DNA from: an uncultured delta proteobacterium
Lineage (GTDB): Bacteria; Myxococcota; Myxococcia; Myxococcales; Myxococcaceae
Length of the DNA stretch: 64,000 nt
Assembly: GCA_963771175.1 (NCBI GenBank)
Contig: CAVYSY010000044.1
Span: forward strand, 96,001 to 160,000
Direction: 5' to 3'
In this document: positions 32,202 through 42,079 of the stretch, one piece after another
How positions within the stretch are numbered: position 1 is the first letter of the stretch
How the letters are laid out: every line of letters begins with the position of its first letter
The notes under the pieces: model-generated
Databases searched by the model: none
What the model was told of the DNA's origin: nothing
The model's input: the letters and a program-made list of their open reading frames with translations, nothing else
Translations under genes and position numbers: made by a program

Positions 32202-32836
32202 GTGGTGCAGTTCGTCCGGGGCTGGACGTCGTAGAGGCGGGCCAGTTGCTCGGGCGAGGGGTCGCCCTCGCGGTGCCGCCAGCGCAGGGAGGTGATGGCT
32301 TCCAGCGGGCGCAGGTGGGGCGTCGGCTCCCGGTGGCAGTCGAGGCACCAGCGCATGGTGAGCGGCTGCGCCTGCGGAATGGACGGCATCAGGTCCACCC
32401 GCCCATGGCAGGTGACGCACCCCACGCCCTTGCTCACGTGGATGGAGTGGTTGAAGTAGACGAAGTCCGGCAGGTCGTGGACGCGGTTCCAGGGAATCGG
32501 CTGGTTGGCGAAGTAGAAGGCGCGCACCGGCTCGAGCAGCGGGCTCGCGTTCCAGATTTGAGCGTGGCAGCCGAGGCAGGTGGAGACCGAGGGGTAGCCC
32601 GCGCTGGAGGAGACCTCGACGGTGTCGTGGCAGTAGCGGCAGTCGATGGCCTCGTCGCCCGCGTGGTGCCGGTGGTCGAACTGCACCGGCTGCGCGACGG
32701 GCTGGCGCATGTTCACCATCAGCGGGCTGCGCGAGTAGAGCAGCAGGAAGCCCACGCCGAGCACCGGGGTGGCCAGCAGGCCCGCGGCGGCGACCCTCGC
32801 GACAGTGTTCGCGCGACGTGTGAAGACCCAGGCCAT
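32189..32836 (-). CDS. actA: Alternative complex III pentaheme cytochrome c, subunit A
   Basis: N-terminal TM and five CxxCH motifs (CRYCH, CLGCH, CVTCH, CLDCH, CTTCH). Confidence 0.95.
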   Translation of the reverse strand: MAWVFTRRANTVARVAAAGLLATPVLGVGFLLLYSRSPLMVNMRQPVAQPVQFDHRHHAGDEAIDCRYCHDTVEVSSSAGYPSVSTCLGCHAQIWNASPLLEPVRAFYFANQPIPWNRVHDLPDFVYFNHSIHVSKGVGCVTCHGRVDLMPSIPQAQPLTMRWCLDCHREPTPHLRPLEAITSLRWRHREGDPSPEQLARLYDVQPRTNCTTCHR

Positions 32837-33007
32837 AGAGAGCGCCTCGGGTCACCGCGCGCGAGGACGCGTGGCTCCGAGGGCTCTCGACCCTAGGGAG
32901 GGCCGCCGGGTGCGACAACGCGCGCGTCGCGGGTGCTTCCAGTTGTGAACCGAGACCCCACCCGCGATGTCCGGAATCGCGCGTCTACCGCGGCGAGGGG
33001 GGCACTT

Positions 33008-34071
33008 CTACGAGGCGCGGTCCTCCAGCACGTCCGAGAGGGTGGTGGCGTTCAGGGACCGGTCGAACCAGCGGTCGAGGACGGCCAGGTCCGTGCAGGT
33101 GAGGATGCGCTGGCGGGCCGCCTCATCGACGTGCACGCCCCGGACGTTGAGGATCCGCAGGATGTCCTCGGCACGCCCTTGAATCCGCCCCTGCTGTTGC
33201 CCCTCCTTCCGCCCCTCCTCACGGCCCCTCACGAGGCCCTTTGGAGTCCCTGCTCGAGTCCCTTTTGGAGTCCCTGCTCGATGAGTTGCTCGCCATAGCT
33301 CCGCATCAGCTCCTCCGCTCGTTGCGCACCCAGCACCGAATGTAACACCCGCCCGGCCGTTTCACGGACGGCCTCGTCCCCCACCCACAGCAGGTAGCGG
33401 ATGACCACCACCAGGTGCTCGGCCCCCTCGGGGCCTGCCTGCACCTGCGCGAAGAACGCCACCCAGTCCGGCAGTCGCCGGGCCAACTCCCCGGTGCGCC
33501 CGTAGCGCAGGACCAACCAGGCCAGCCGGACCAGCGGCGGGCCCGGGCGTGCGCTCAGCGCCTCCTCCCGCTCGGCCGTCAGGTCATCGAGCAGGTATTC
33601 GAAATGCGGCACCAGCGCTCGCCAGCGCGCCCGCTGCTCCTCTCCTTCCGGCAAGTCGAAGAGGTCCTCCACCCGACGCGGTGCCGTCCAGGCCCCCCCG
33701 GGCCCGTGGTACATGACGAGTGGGATGATGAGCGGGAGCACCGTGCTCTCCGGGTGCTCCTGGCGCCAGCGCTCCACCTGGCGCACCACGTAGCGCAGCA
33801 TGCGCCACGCCATCCACCGGTCCACCGAGGACTGGTGTTCGAGCAACACGTACAGCAGCAGCGGGCGGCCCGTGCGCAGTCGCGCAGTGAAGAGCAGGTC
33901 GCTCTCGGTCTCCCGCAGCTCCGGGTCCACCACGCTGCCGGGCTCTCGCCGCAGGGACGCCCAGTCCACCTCCGAGACGACATGCGGGGGCAGCACGGCG
34001 CGCAGCTCGGCCGCCGCCCGCTCGGGGTGGCCGAAGGTGTAGCGGGCGAAGAGGTCATGCGGTCCAGACAT
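33008..34071 (-). CDS. Rpn family nuclease / putative transposase, copy 2 (1-nt frameshift near 33241)
   Basis: Paralog of 3503-4495; EQGLQKGL repeat where the second unit has AAA instead of AAAA; internal GGAGGAG (33310-33316) + ATG 33306. Confidence 0.9.
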
Positions 34072-34086
34072 GGCGAGCCGCGCCCA

Positions 34087-34102
34087 AGCACGCGGCGGGC
34101 CA
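34087..34102 (-). promoter_or_regulatory. sigma54 (-24/-12)-like promoter of rpn copy 2
   Basis: TGGCCCGCCGCGTGCT, identical to 4511-4526 and 15 nt before ATG. Confidence 0.55.
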
Positions 34103-34253
34103 AGGGCTCCGCGACGAGTCCTCCGCAACGAATCCTCTGACACCTTCCTGGGGGGCATCCCGTGCATCCCGTTTGGCGGGGAGCACTGGTTTCACGTATC
34201 GTTCGCGTGAAATTGTCCATCGCCGCTAGACAGCCGGGCCGAGGGGGACTTCC

Positions 34254-35417
34254 TTGCGAAACGCCTACAACGACTTCCTGAGCGCCCGTTTCTTCCCAGG
34301 GCTGGATGGCCTGCGCTGCCTGAGCATCGTGGCCGTGGTGGCCTACCACGTGGCCGCCAGCCACGGAGGCCTCATCGGCCGCGGCTACCTGGGCGTGGCC
34401 CTCTTCTTCGCCATCAGCGGCTTCCTCATCACCACGCTGCTGCTGCGCGAGCGCGACAAGGTGGGCCACATCTCGCTGCGCGGCTTCATGGCCCGGCGCG
34501 CCCTGCGCATCTTCCCCCTGTACTACGCGGTGCTCGGCCTCTACGTCGCCGTGGTGTTCTTCGCCGAGAAGGACGCCATCGTGCGCGCCGACTTCTTCTC
34601 CAACCTGCCCGCCTTCCTCACCTACACGTCCAACTGGTTCGTCCCCCAGTACCCGGACAAGCGCGTCATCTTCTACTTCGCCTGGTCCCTGGCCACCGAG
34701 GAGCAGTTCTACCTGATGTGGCCCCTCGTCCTCCGCCTGTCCCGGCGCGCCTGGGTGCCCGTGCTCTTCATGGGCGGACTGCTCGCCGTGTCCCTCGGCA
34801 CGCCGGTGCTGGTGTCCGCCGGGCTGCTGGATGGCGACGTGCTCGGCGTGCGCATGCTCACCAGCATCTCCGCCTCCATCTGCATGGGGTGCCTGGCCGC
34901 GTACGCGGTGCACTCGCCCAGGGGCTTCGCCCGCGTGTACCCGGTGCTCGGCCAGGCCTGGAGCGTGCCTGTCATGGCGATGCTGATGCTCGGCGCCGTG
35001 GCATGGCACGAGGCGCCCGCCTGGCTCACCTCGCTCACCATGGTGGCGCTCGTGGTGGCCACCTGCATCCGCGCCAGACAGCCGCTCTCCGCCCCCATGA
35101 GCCACCCCTGGGTGCGCTACGTGGGCACCGTCAGCTACGGCGTCTACCTGCTGCACATGCTCGTGCTGAACGCGGTGCGCCGCGCGGTGCCGGACCAGGG
35201 CACCGTCGTCCAGTTCGTGCTGACGCTCGCCCTCAGCGTGCTCGTGGCCGGGTTGAGCCACCGCTACTTCGAGAGCTGGTTCCTCAAGCTCAAGGGCCGC
35301 TTCGACTGGCGCGGGCACGCCGCCCCCGAGGCGCCCCGCCCCGCTCCGGCCGAGACTCCCGCCCCCCTGCCGGGCCTGGCGCCCGGGCTCGCCGCTCCCG
35401 CCGAGCCCCGGGCGTAG
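34254..35417 (+). CDS. Acyltransferase family 3 (OafA/OatA-like)
   Basis: LDGLR, GVALFFAISGFLIT, RRALRIFP, WSLATEEQFY, SYGVYLLH, SHRYFE. Confidence 0.93.
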   Translation: MRNAYNDFLSARFFPGLDGLRCLSIVAVVAYHVAASHGGLIGRGYLGVALFFAISGFLITTLLLRERDKVGHISLRGFMARRALRIFPLYYAVLGLYVAVVFFAEKDAIVRADFFSNLPAFLTYTSNWFVPQYPDKRVIFYFAWSLATEEQFYLMWPLVLRLSRRAWVPVLFMGGLLAVSLGTPVLVSAGLLDGDVLGVRMLTSISASICMGCLAAYAVHSPRGFARVYPVLGQAWSVPVMAMLMLGAVAWHEAPAWLTSLTMVALVVATCIRARQPLSAPMSHPWVRYVGTVSYGVYLLHMLVLNAVRRAVPDQGTVVQFVLTLALSVLVAGLSHRYFESWFLKLKGRFDWRGHAAPEAPRPAPAETPAPLPGLAPGLAAPAEPRA

Positions 35418-35442
35418 TCCCCCCTCCGGCCGCGTTTCTCGG

Positions 35443-35469
35443 AAACCTGTCCGACTGTCGGACAGGTTT
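35443..35469. repeat. Palindromic repeat copy 3
   Basis: AAACCTGTCCGAC-T-GTCGGACAGGTTT. Confidence 0.95.
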
Positions 35470-35572
35470 TTTGAAACCGGGCCCGACCCCCGGCCCCGGC
35501 AATGCCTCCCCAGTAATGTCAGACACCTCGCGTAGGGTTTTCTCCAGATGATGATGGAGCGCGAGGTGAGCC

Positions 35573-35983
35573 ATGAGCTGGATTGTCTATTTGATGGGCG
35601 CGGCGGGCTTCGACTCGGTGCGGGACTTCCCCGAGGGCTGGTCTCCTCCGCCGCTCGGCCCCCGCGAGGCCGTCATCCGCCGGCTGCGCGAGGCGCTCCC
35701 CTCCGTCTTCTTCCCCACCCCCGCCGAGGGATGCTTCCACGGTGACGGCTTCTCCATCACCTTCGAGCTCGGCCCCTGGGAGCAGACGCCCCGCGTGAAG
35801 CTGCTCGTGCACGGCGCGGGCGATGAGGTGCTGGACGTGATTGGCCGCGTGTCCGAGGCGCTCGAGGTGCGCGCGCTCGACACGGGCCTGGGGGACTTCA
35901 TGCGCTTCCGCAGGGACCCGGACACCGGCCGCCACGTCTGGCGCGATGCGCCCACCCCGGGCCAGTGGATGGCTCCGGCCTGA
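35573..35983 (+). CDS. Hypothetical protein
   Basis: GAGGTG RBS, MSW start, good codon bias. Confidence 0.7.
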   Translation: MSWIVYLMGAAGFDSVRDFPEGWSPPPLGPREAVIRRLREALPSVFFPTPAEGCFHGDGFSITFELGPWEQTPRVKLLVHGAGDEVLDVIGRVSEALEVRALDTGLGDFMRFRRDPDTGRHVWRDAPTPGQWMAPA

Positions 35984-36218
35984 GCTGCCGCTGGGGCGGG
36001 GGTGCACCCCCAGCCCTCGTCCAGCACACCCGGCTCGACTCCCGCCAGGCCGAGAACGCCCTCCTCTCCACCCTCGCCTTTCCCATTCCGGGCGAGCCCC
36101 GGCCACTCCGCCTGCTCTCCGGCGTGACGGCTCCGGCCCGCGTTGCCCCCCGCCGGAAGCCTCCCCACGGTTCTCCAGAGCGGGTGCCCGGCCCCCGAGG
36201 CACCCAAAAGGAGCGGCC

Positions 36219-36653
36219 ATGGCCAAGATGATTCGTGAAGTGATGACGCGCGACGTGGAGGTCATCAACCCCAACGACACCCTCCGCGACGCCGCCGAGA
36301 AGATGCGCAGCCTCAATGTCGGCGCCATTCCCGTCTGCGACGGCCAGCGCGTGCTCGGCATGCTCACCGACCGGGACATCGTCGTGCGCGCCATCGCCCT
36401 CGGGCGGGACGCCAACTCCACCCAGGTGGCCGACGCGATGAGCTCCGGCATCGCGTACTGCTTCGACGACGAGGACGCCGACAGCGTGCTCGACAAGATG
36501 CGGGACAAGCAGATTCGCCGCTTCATCGTGGTGGACCACAACAAGAAGCTGGTGGGCATCGTCGCCATCGGCGACTTCACCGGCGCCGTCAGCGAGCGCA
36601 AGGTGGGCGAGGCCCTCGAGGGCATCTCCGAGCCCTCCACCCCCAACCTCTGA
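36219..36653 (+). CDS. Tandem CBS-domain protein
   Basis: AAGGAG RBS; VMT..V, GMLTDRDIV, IRRF.VVD...LVGIV. Confidence 0.93.
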   Translation: MAKMIREVMTRDVEVINPNDTLRDAAEKMRSLNVGAIPVCDGQRVLGMLTDRDIVVRAIALGRDANSTQVADAMSSGIAYCFDDEDADSVLDKMRDKQIRRFIVVDHNKKLVGIVAIGDFTGAVSERKVGEALEGISEPSTPNL

Positions 36654-36764
36654 CGCGGCGGACCCGGCCCGCCCCCTCGGGCTCCGGCCGGGCCTCGTCC
36701 CGTCGCCCTCCCCGGGCCGTCCTCCGCCCCTCCCGGTCGCTACCCTTCCCAGAGAGGTGACACC

Positions 36765-37919
36765 GTGAGCGGAGCCATCCGAATCGCCACCCTGCGGGGC
36801 ATCCCCATCCGGCTGCACTACTCCTTCCTCCTGGTGCTGCCCCTGCTCGCCTGGCTCTTCAGTCAGGCCTTCCGCAACGCCGCGGCCGCCGCCGACGTTC
36901 CTCCCGAGCGCCTCCTCGGCCACCCGCTCGCCTGGGGCCTGGGGCTCGTCCTGGCCCTCTTCCTCTCCGTGCTCGTCCACGAGCTGGCCCACTCCTTCTA
37001 CGCCCTGCGCAAGGGCGGCCAGGTCTCCGACATCACCCTGCTGATGATTGGCGGCGTCTCGCGCATCACCCGCATGCCCGAGGGCCCCCGCCAGGAGGCC
37101 GTCATGGCCTTCGTGGGGCCCCTCACCAGCCTCGTGCTGGGCGGCGCCTTCCTCGCCGCGTACACGCTGCTCGTCGGCGCGCGCTCCTTCAACCTCCAGT
37201 TCGCCGTCTTCTACCTGGGCGTCCTCAACCTCTTCCTCGGCTTCTTCAACCTGCTGCCCGCCTTCCCCATGGATGGGGGCCGCGTCCTGCGCGCGCTGCT
37301 GACCCCGCGGCTGGGCCGGGTGCGCGCCACCCAGGTGGCCGGCATGTTCGGCAAGGGCTTCGCCCTGCTCTTCGGCCTCCTGGGCCTGATGGGCGGCAAC
37401 TTCATCCTCCTCATCATCGCCTTCTTCGTCTTCATGGGCGCCGAGGCCGAGTCGCGCGAGGTGCTGGTGCAGTCGCTGCTGGCGCGGGTGCGGGTGCGAG
37501 AGCTGATGATGCCGCGCACGGCCTCGGTGGAGGCGGGCGACTCGTTGGAGGAGGTGGCCACGCGCATGCGGACGGAGCGGCGGCGCGCGCTGCCGGTGGT
37601 GGAGAACGGGCGCGTGGGCGGGCTGGTGACGCTGGCGGCCGTGCGGCAGGTGCCCGCGGCGCGGCGCTCGCACGTACGGGTGCGCGAGGTGGCCGAGCCC
37701 GTGCCCGCGCTCACCCCCGAGTCCACCGCGTGGGACGCGCTGCGCGAGATGGGCCAGCGCCGGCTGCCCCAACTCCCCGTGGTGCGGGAGGACGGCACCC
37801 TGGTGGGCACCGTCACCCAGGACGACGTCATGCGCGGCATGGAGCTGCGCGAGCTGGAGGACACCAACATCTCCGGCCCGTGGGGGCTCGGCCCGCGCGA
37901 GCGGGAGTCGCCCACCTAG
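36765..37919 (+). CDS. Site-2 protease (M50) with C-terminal CBS domains
   Basis: HELAH zinc motif, FNLLPAFPMDGGR, two CBS domains. Confidence 0.95.
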   Translation: MSGAIRIATLRGIPIRLHYSFLLVLPLLAWLFSQAFRNAAAAADVPPERLLGHPLAWGLGLVLALFLSVLVHELAHSFYALRKGGQVSDITLLMIGGVSRITRMPEGPRQEAVMAFVGPLTSLVLGGAFLAAYTLLVGARSFNLQFAVFYLGVLNLFLGFFNLLPAFPMDGGRVLRALLTPRLGRVRATQVAGMFGKGFALLFGLLGLMGGNFILLIIAFFVFMGAEAESREVLVQSLLARVRVRELMMPRTASVEAGDSLEEVATRMRTERRRALPVVENGRVGGLVTLAAVRQVPAARRSHVRVREVAEPVPALTPESTAWDALREMGQRRLPQLPVVREDGTLVGTVTQDDVMRGMELRELEDTNISGPWGLGPRERESPT

Positions 37920-38833
37920 CTCCCGGGAAGCTCCGGCCCTCCGCCCGGCGGGCCGAGCGCCGCCGCGAGCACCCCGAGGGCGCGTCGCTCCTCCCGGCGC
38001 ACCCCACCGAGCAGCCCGCGCACGCCGCTGTTGGCCTGGGCCACGCGCCAGCCCACGTCCAGCAGGCAGCGCTGGAGACGGTGGGCCTCGCCCAGGCCCA
38101 GCCGGTGCGCCACCCGCGCGCACAGCGAGCCCAGCGGCGCCACGTCCGGCGGCGCCTCCACGGGGCCCTCGCGCCCGGCCACGCCGTGGAGCCCGTCCAG
38201 GCGGAGGGCCTCGCCGCAGACGCGACCCACCAGCGGGCTGCGCGAGTCGAGGTGCCGCGAGAGCTCGCGCCGGAAGGCCTCGCGCGCCCGGGGGCGCACC
38301 GGGCCGCTCGCGGTGGCCACGCACAGGAAGGCGCGGCGGGGCGCGTCGTGGAAGACCCGCCACTCCTCCTCGGAGAAGCCGCAGCGGGAGAAGGCGGCCG
38401 GCACCGGGGTGAAACGCGTGGTGGCGGGCGAGTCCCACACTTCCGGCCTTCCCAGCCGCTCCAGGAGGCTCACCCCGGCGCGCCTCACGTAGCGCTGCAC
38501 CAGGACGAGCCCTCCTCCCTGGCCGCGCTCGCCCGCCTCGACGCGCACCCCGTCCGTGCGCCGGCCGCCCACCTCCAGCTCGCAGTCGAGCGCGATGGCG
38601 TAGGCCTCCACGCCCCGCCGCGGGTCGTTGATGATGTCGTCCGCGAGCGCCAGCGCCCCCTCGGTGTCCTCGGCGCCGAGGCCGAAGTGGAGCCACCGGC
38701 CCCCCGCGTCCAGCACCTTGAGGACCGGGGTGAAGGCGAGCGCCACCGTCCGCGCCACCTCCAGGCCATCCTCCAACGCGTGGAAGGCCAGGTCCCTCAG
38801 TCTGTCACTGGCAGGTAAGAGCGCTTGATGCAT
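37916..38833 (-). CDS. Hypothetical two-domain protein (start uncertain)
   Basis: Long ORF with protein-like composition converging on the S2P gene. Confidence 0.6.
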   Translation of the reverse strand: MHQALLPASDRLRDLAFHALEDGLEVARTVALAFTPVLKVLDAGGRWLHFGLGAEDTEGALALADDIINDPRRGVEAYAIALDCELEVGGRRTDGVRVEAGERGQGGGLVLVQRYVRRAGVSLLERLGRPEVWDSPATTRFTPVPAAFSRCGFSEEEWRVFHDAPRRAFLCVATASGPVRPRAREAFRRELSRHLDSRSPLVGRVCGEALRLDGLHGVAGREGPVEAPPDVAPLGSLCARVAHRLGLGEAHRLQRCLLDVGWRVAQANSGVRGLLGGVRREERRALGVLAAALGPPGGGPELPGS

Positions 38834-39201
38834 GCATCCCCCCATCGATGTCTGGGATTCCCGCCCGGCACGTCAGCGCCCAGGAGCCACCCTCCCGACA
38901 TCGCCGTAAGTGCGCTCATGGTACGCACGCCCCTCGGGCGCGACGAGTCGGCGCCGGCGCTTCTCCCGGAAAACCAACACCCGGGGGCCAACTCGTGTGC
39001 GGTGCAAGGCATTGGGCCGCGAGGGAGCGCCGCGGGGTGGAAATCCTCTCATCCGCCAAGGAGCTGCGAGCGCCCGGAAATGGACAGGGCACGGCCGTCG
39101 ACGCCGTGGCCGCCCGGGAGTGTAGTGTCACACGCGGGGCTCGCGCGTCGGGGCGGGGAGGCTCCCCCGACCGCGGTCCTCTTCCTAGCTTGGGAGCCAC
39201 G

Positions 39202-40536
39202 ATGCGAAGCACCAGTGAGGCCCGACGGGACACGGGCCGGCAGGAGCCATGCCCCTGGAAGGCCCGGGCGCTCGCGGAGCTCTCCGCGGCGCGCGCGCGC
39301 CTGCTGCGGATGCTCGAGGGCCTCCCCGAGGACGCCCTCGTGCGCCAGCACTCGCCCCTCATGTCCCCCCTCGTCTGGGACGTGGCCCACGTGGCCAACT
39401 ACGAGGAGCAGTGGCTGCTGCGCCGGCTCGGCGCGCCCGCCCTCACCGACGCCGCCTTCGACGCGCTCTACGACGCCTTCCGCCACCCGCGCGCCACGCG
39501 CTCGGGGCTGCCGCTGCTCTCACCCGAGCGGGCCTTCGCCTACGCCGCCCGCGTGCGCGAGGCCACCCTCTCCTGGCTGGACGCGGTGCCCGAGGACTCG
39601 GACGAGCCGCTCCTGCGCGGCGGCTTCGTCTTCGGCATGGTGGCCCAGCACGAGCAGCAGCACCTGGAGACGCTCGCCGCCACGCTGCAGCTCATGACGA
39701 GCCACGCGTACCGGCCCGCCGAGCGCCCGCGCCCGCGTCCCGGCCGCGCCGCCCCCTACGAGGTCTTCATCCCCGGCGGCCCGGTGCGCCTGGGCAGCGA
39801 CGAGGCGTGGGCCTACGACAACGAGCGCCCGGCGCACGCCGTGGACGTGGAGCCCTTCCTGCTGGACTCGCACCCCGTCACCAATGGGGACTACCTCGTC
39901 TTCGTCGAGTCCGGCGGCTACGCGGACGCGCGCTGGTGGGCGCCGAAGGGCTTCGAGTGGAGTCGCGCCGAGGGCCTGCGCCACCCGCTCTTCTGGCTGC
40001 CGCAGGAGGGAGGCGCCTGGCTGCGGCGGCGCTTCGGCCACGTGGAGCCGCTCCCCCGGGACGAGCCGGTGCAGCACGTGAGCTGGTACGAGGCGGACGC
40101 CTACGCGCGCTGGGCCGGCAAGCGCCTGCCCACGGAGGCCGAGTGGGAGAAGGCCGCGACGGGCTCGGACGGGCAGGCGCGCACCTGGCCCTGGGGCGAG
40201 GCGCCGCCCACGGCCGCGCACGCCAACCTCGGCGGGGACACCTGGGGGCCCTCGCCCGTGGGCGCCTACCCCGCGGGCCAGTCCGCCGACGGCGCGTGGG
40301 GGCTGCTCGGAGATGTCTGGGAGTGGACCTCCAGCACCTTCGCCGGGTACTTTGGATTCAAATCATTTCCGTACCGGGAATACTCGGAGGTGTTCTTCGG
40401 GCCGGAGTACCGGGTCCTCCGGGGCGGAGCCTGGGCGAGTGCCCCCGTGGCCGTGCGCAACAGCTTCCGCAACTGGGACTACCCCATCCGCCGGCAGATT
40501 TTCGCCGGCTTCCGCTGCGCGCGCGACGCGAGGTGA
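39202..40536 (+). CDS. egtB: Ergothioneine biosynthesis sulfoxide synthase EgtB
   Basis: MSPLVWDVAH, HEQQHLE iron motif, FGE-sulfatase domain (RLPTEAEWEKAA), NWDYPIRRQIFAGFR. Confidence 0.93.
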   Translation: MRSTSEARRDTGRQEPCPWKARALAELSAARARLLRMLEGLPEDALVRQHSPLMSPLVWDVAHVANYEEQWLLRRLGAPALTDAAFDALYDAFRHPRATRSGLPLLSPERAFAYAARVREATLSWLDAVPEDSDEPLLRGGFVFGMVAQHEQQHLETLAATLQLMTSHAYRPAERPRPRPGRAAPYEVFIPGGPVRLGSDEAWAYDNERPAHAVDVEPFLLDSHPVTNGDYLVFVESGGYADARWWAPKGFEWSRAEGLRHPLFWLPQEGGAWLRRRFGHVEPLPRDEPVQHVSWYEADAYARWAGKRLPTEAEWEKAATGSDGQARTWPWGEAPPTAAHANLGGDTWGPSPVGAYPAGQSADGAWGLLGDVWEWTSSTFAGYFGFKSFPYREYSEVFFGPEYRVLRGGAWASAPVAVRNSFRNWDYPIRRQIFAGFRCARDAR

Positions 40537-40542
40537 GGGCAC

Positions 40543-41563
40543 ATGACGGAGCTGAGGAACGGGGCGGGGACGGGGCTGGAGCGGGAGGCCCCGGTGACGG
40601 TGGAGGTGCACGTGCGGCCGGGGGACGCTGCAGCGCGCGCTGCGGGCCGAGGTGCTCGCCGGGCTGTGCGGGGACTGCTGTCCGAAGGAGCTGTCGCCGA
40701 AGTGGCTCTATGACGAGCGCGGCAGCGAGCTCTTCGACGAGATTACCCGGCTGCCGGAGTACTACCCGACGCGGCGCGAGCGGGAAATCCTCGAGGCGCG
40801 CGCGGGCGAGGTGGCGCGGGCGAGCGGGGCGGACACGCTGATTGAATTGGGGAGCGGGAGCAGCGAGAAGACGCGGCTGCTGCTGGACGCGATGACGCGG
40901 GCGGGGACGCTGAGGCGCTTCGTGCCCTTCGACGTGAGCGAGAGCTTCCTGAGGCAGTCGGCCGAGGCGGTGGCGCTCGAGTACCCGGGGCTGCGGGTGC
41001 ACGCGGTGGTGGGGGACTTCGGGCTGCACCTGGGGAAGCTGCCGAGGCAGGGCCGGAGGCTGGTGGCGTTCCTCGGGGGCACCATCGGCAACCTGAAGCC
41101 GGCGGAGCGGGCGCGCTTCTACGCCGCGCTGGCCGGGGGGCTGGAGCCGGGCGAGGGGCTGCTGTTGGGGACGGACCTCCTCAAGAGCCGGGAGCGCCTG
41201 TTCGCGGCGTACAACGACAGCGCCGGGGTGACGGCGGCCTTCAACCGCAACGTGCTGAGCATCCTCAACCGCGAGCTGCGAGCGGACTTCGCGCCCGAGT
41301 CCTTCGAGCACCTGGCGCCCTTCGACGAGGAGAACGGCTGGGTGGAGATGAGGCTCATCTCGACGAGGCCGCAGGTGGTGCGGCTGCCGGCGCTCGAGCG
41401 CCTCGTGAACTTCGCCGAGGGCGAGGTGCTGCGCACGGAGGTGAGCTGCAAGTTCCGCTCGGAGCAGGTGGAGGCGGAGCTGGCGGCGGCGGGGCTGCAC
41501 CTCACCGAGCGCTGGACGGACGCGGCCGGGGACTTCGCCCTCTCGCTGGCCCTCAAGCGCTGA
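40543..41563 (+). CDS. egtD: Histidine N-alpha-trimethyltransferase EgtD (frameshift near 40630)
   Basis: PKWLYDERGSELFDEIT.LPEYYPTR.E, ELGSGSSEKT, AYNDSAGVTAAFN.N, TEVSCKF. Confidence 0.93.
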
Positions 41564-41673
41564 CCGCCCGCGGCGCGACCCGGAGGCTGGCACCACTCCT
41601 CCTGGCGCGGATTCCACACGAGGACCCCGACGTGATGGGCGCGAGAGGGGGGACCCTCCGGGCGCGCTTTTCA

Positions 41674-41702
41674 AAAACCTGTCCGACAGTCGGACAGGTT
41701 TT
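41674..41702. repeat. Palindromic repeat copy 4
   Basis: AAAACCTGTCCGAC-A-GTCGGACAGGTTTT preceded by GGGGGGACCCTCCGGGCGCGCTTTTC. Confidence 0.95.
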
Positions 41703-41862
41703 CACGGAACGAACCCGGCAGGGCCCCTTGGCTCCGGAGCCCGGGGAGCCGGTTGCGCCCCCTGGCGCCGCGCTCGGTGCTGGACAGGTATCCACCAAGA
41801 GCAACAGACGCGACTGCCTCCCCTATTGGGCAAGAGGGGGGCCTGCCGGGCGCGCTTTTCAA

Positions 41863-41889
41863 AAACCTGTCCGACAGTCGGACAGGTTT
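41863..41889. repeat. Palindromic repeat copy 5
   Basis: Same core 188 bp after copy 4, preceded by GGGGGGCCTGCCGGGCGCGCTTTTC. Confidence 0.95.
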
Positions 41890-42079
41890 CTGGGCATGCG
41901 CCCGACAGGGTCCCCGGCTTCGGGTCCCCGGTCTCGGGTCACTCCATTCCGGGTGCCCCCTATCTCGGGGTTGGACGGGCATCCACCGAGGGCGACCCTG
42001 AAGAGGCTCCCGAGTCCTCTCGCGCTCCTGCCCTCCTGTCTGGCCCACCTGCTGCAATGTCGGCGAGCAGGAGAAGGAG

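Noticed and set aside
38840..39200. Riboswitch upstream of egtB
   Set aside because: No recognisable SAM or other riboswitch consensus by eye; an Infernal/Rfam scan would be needed
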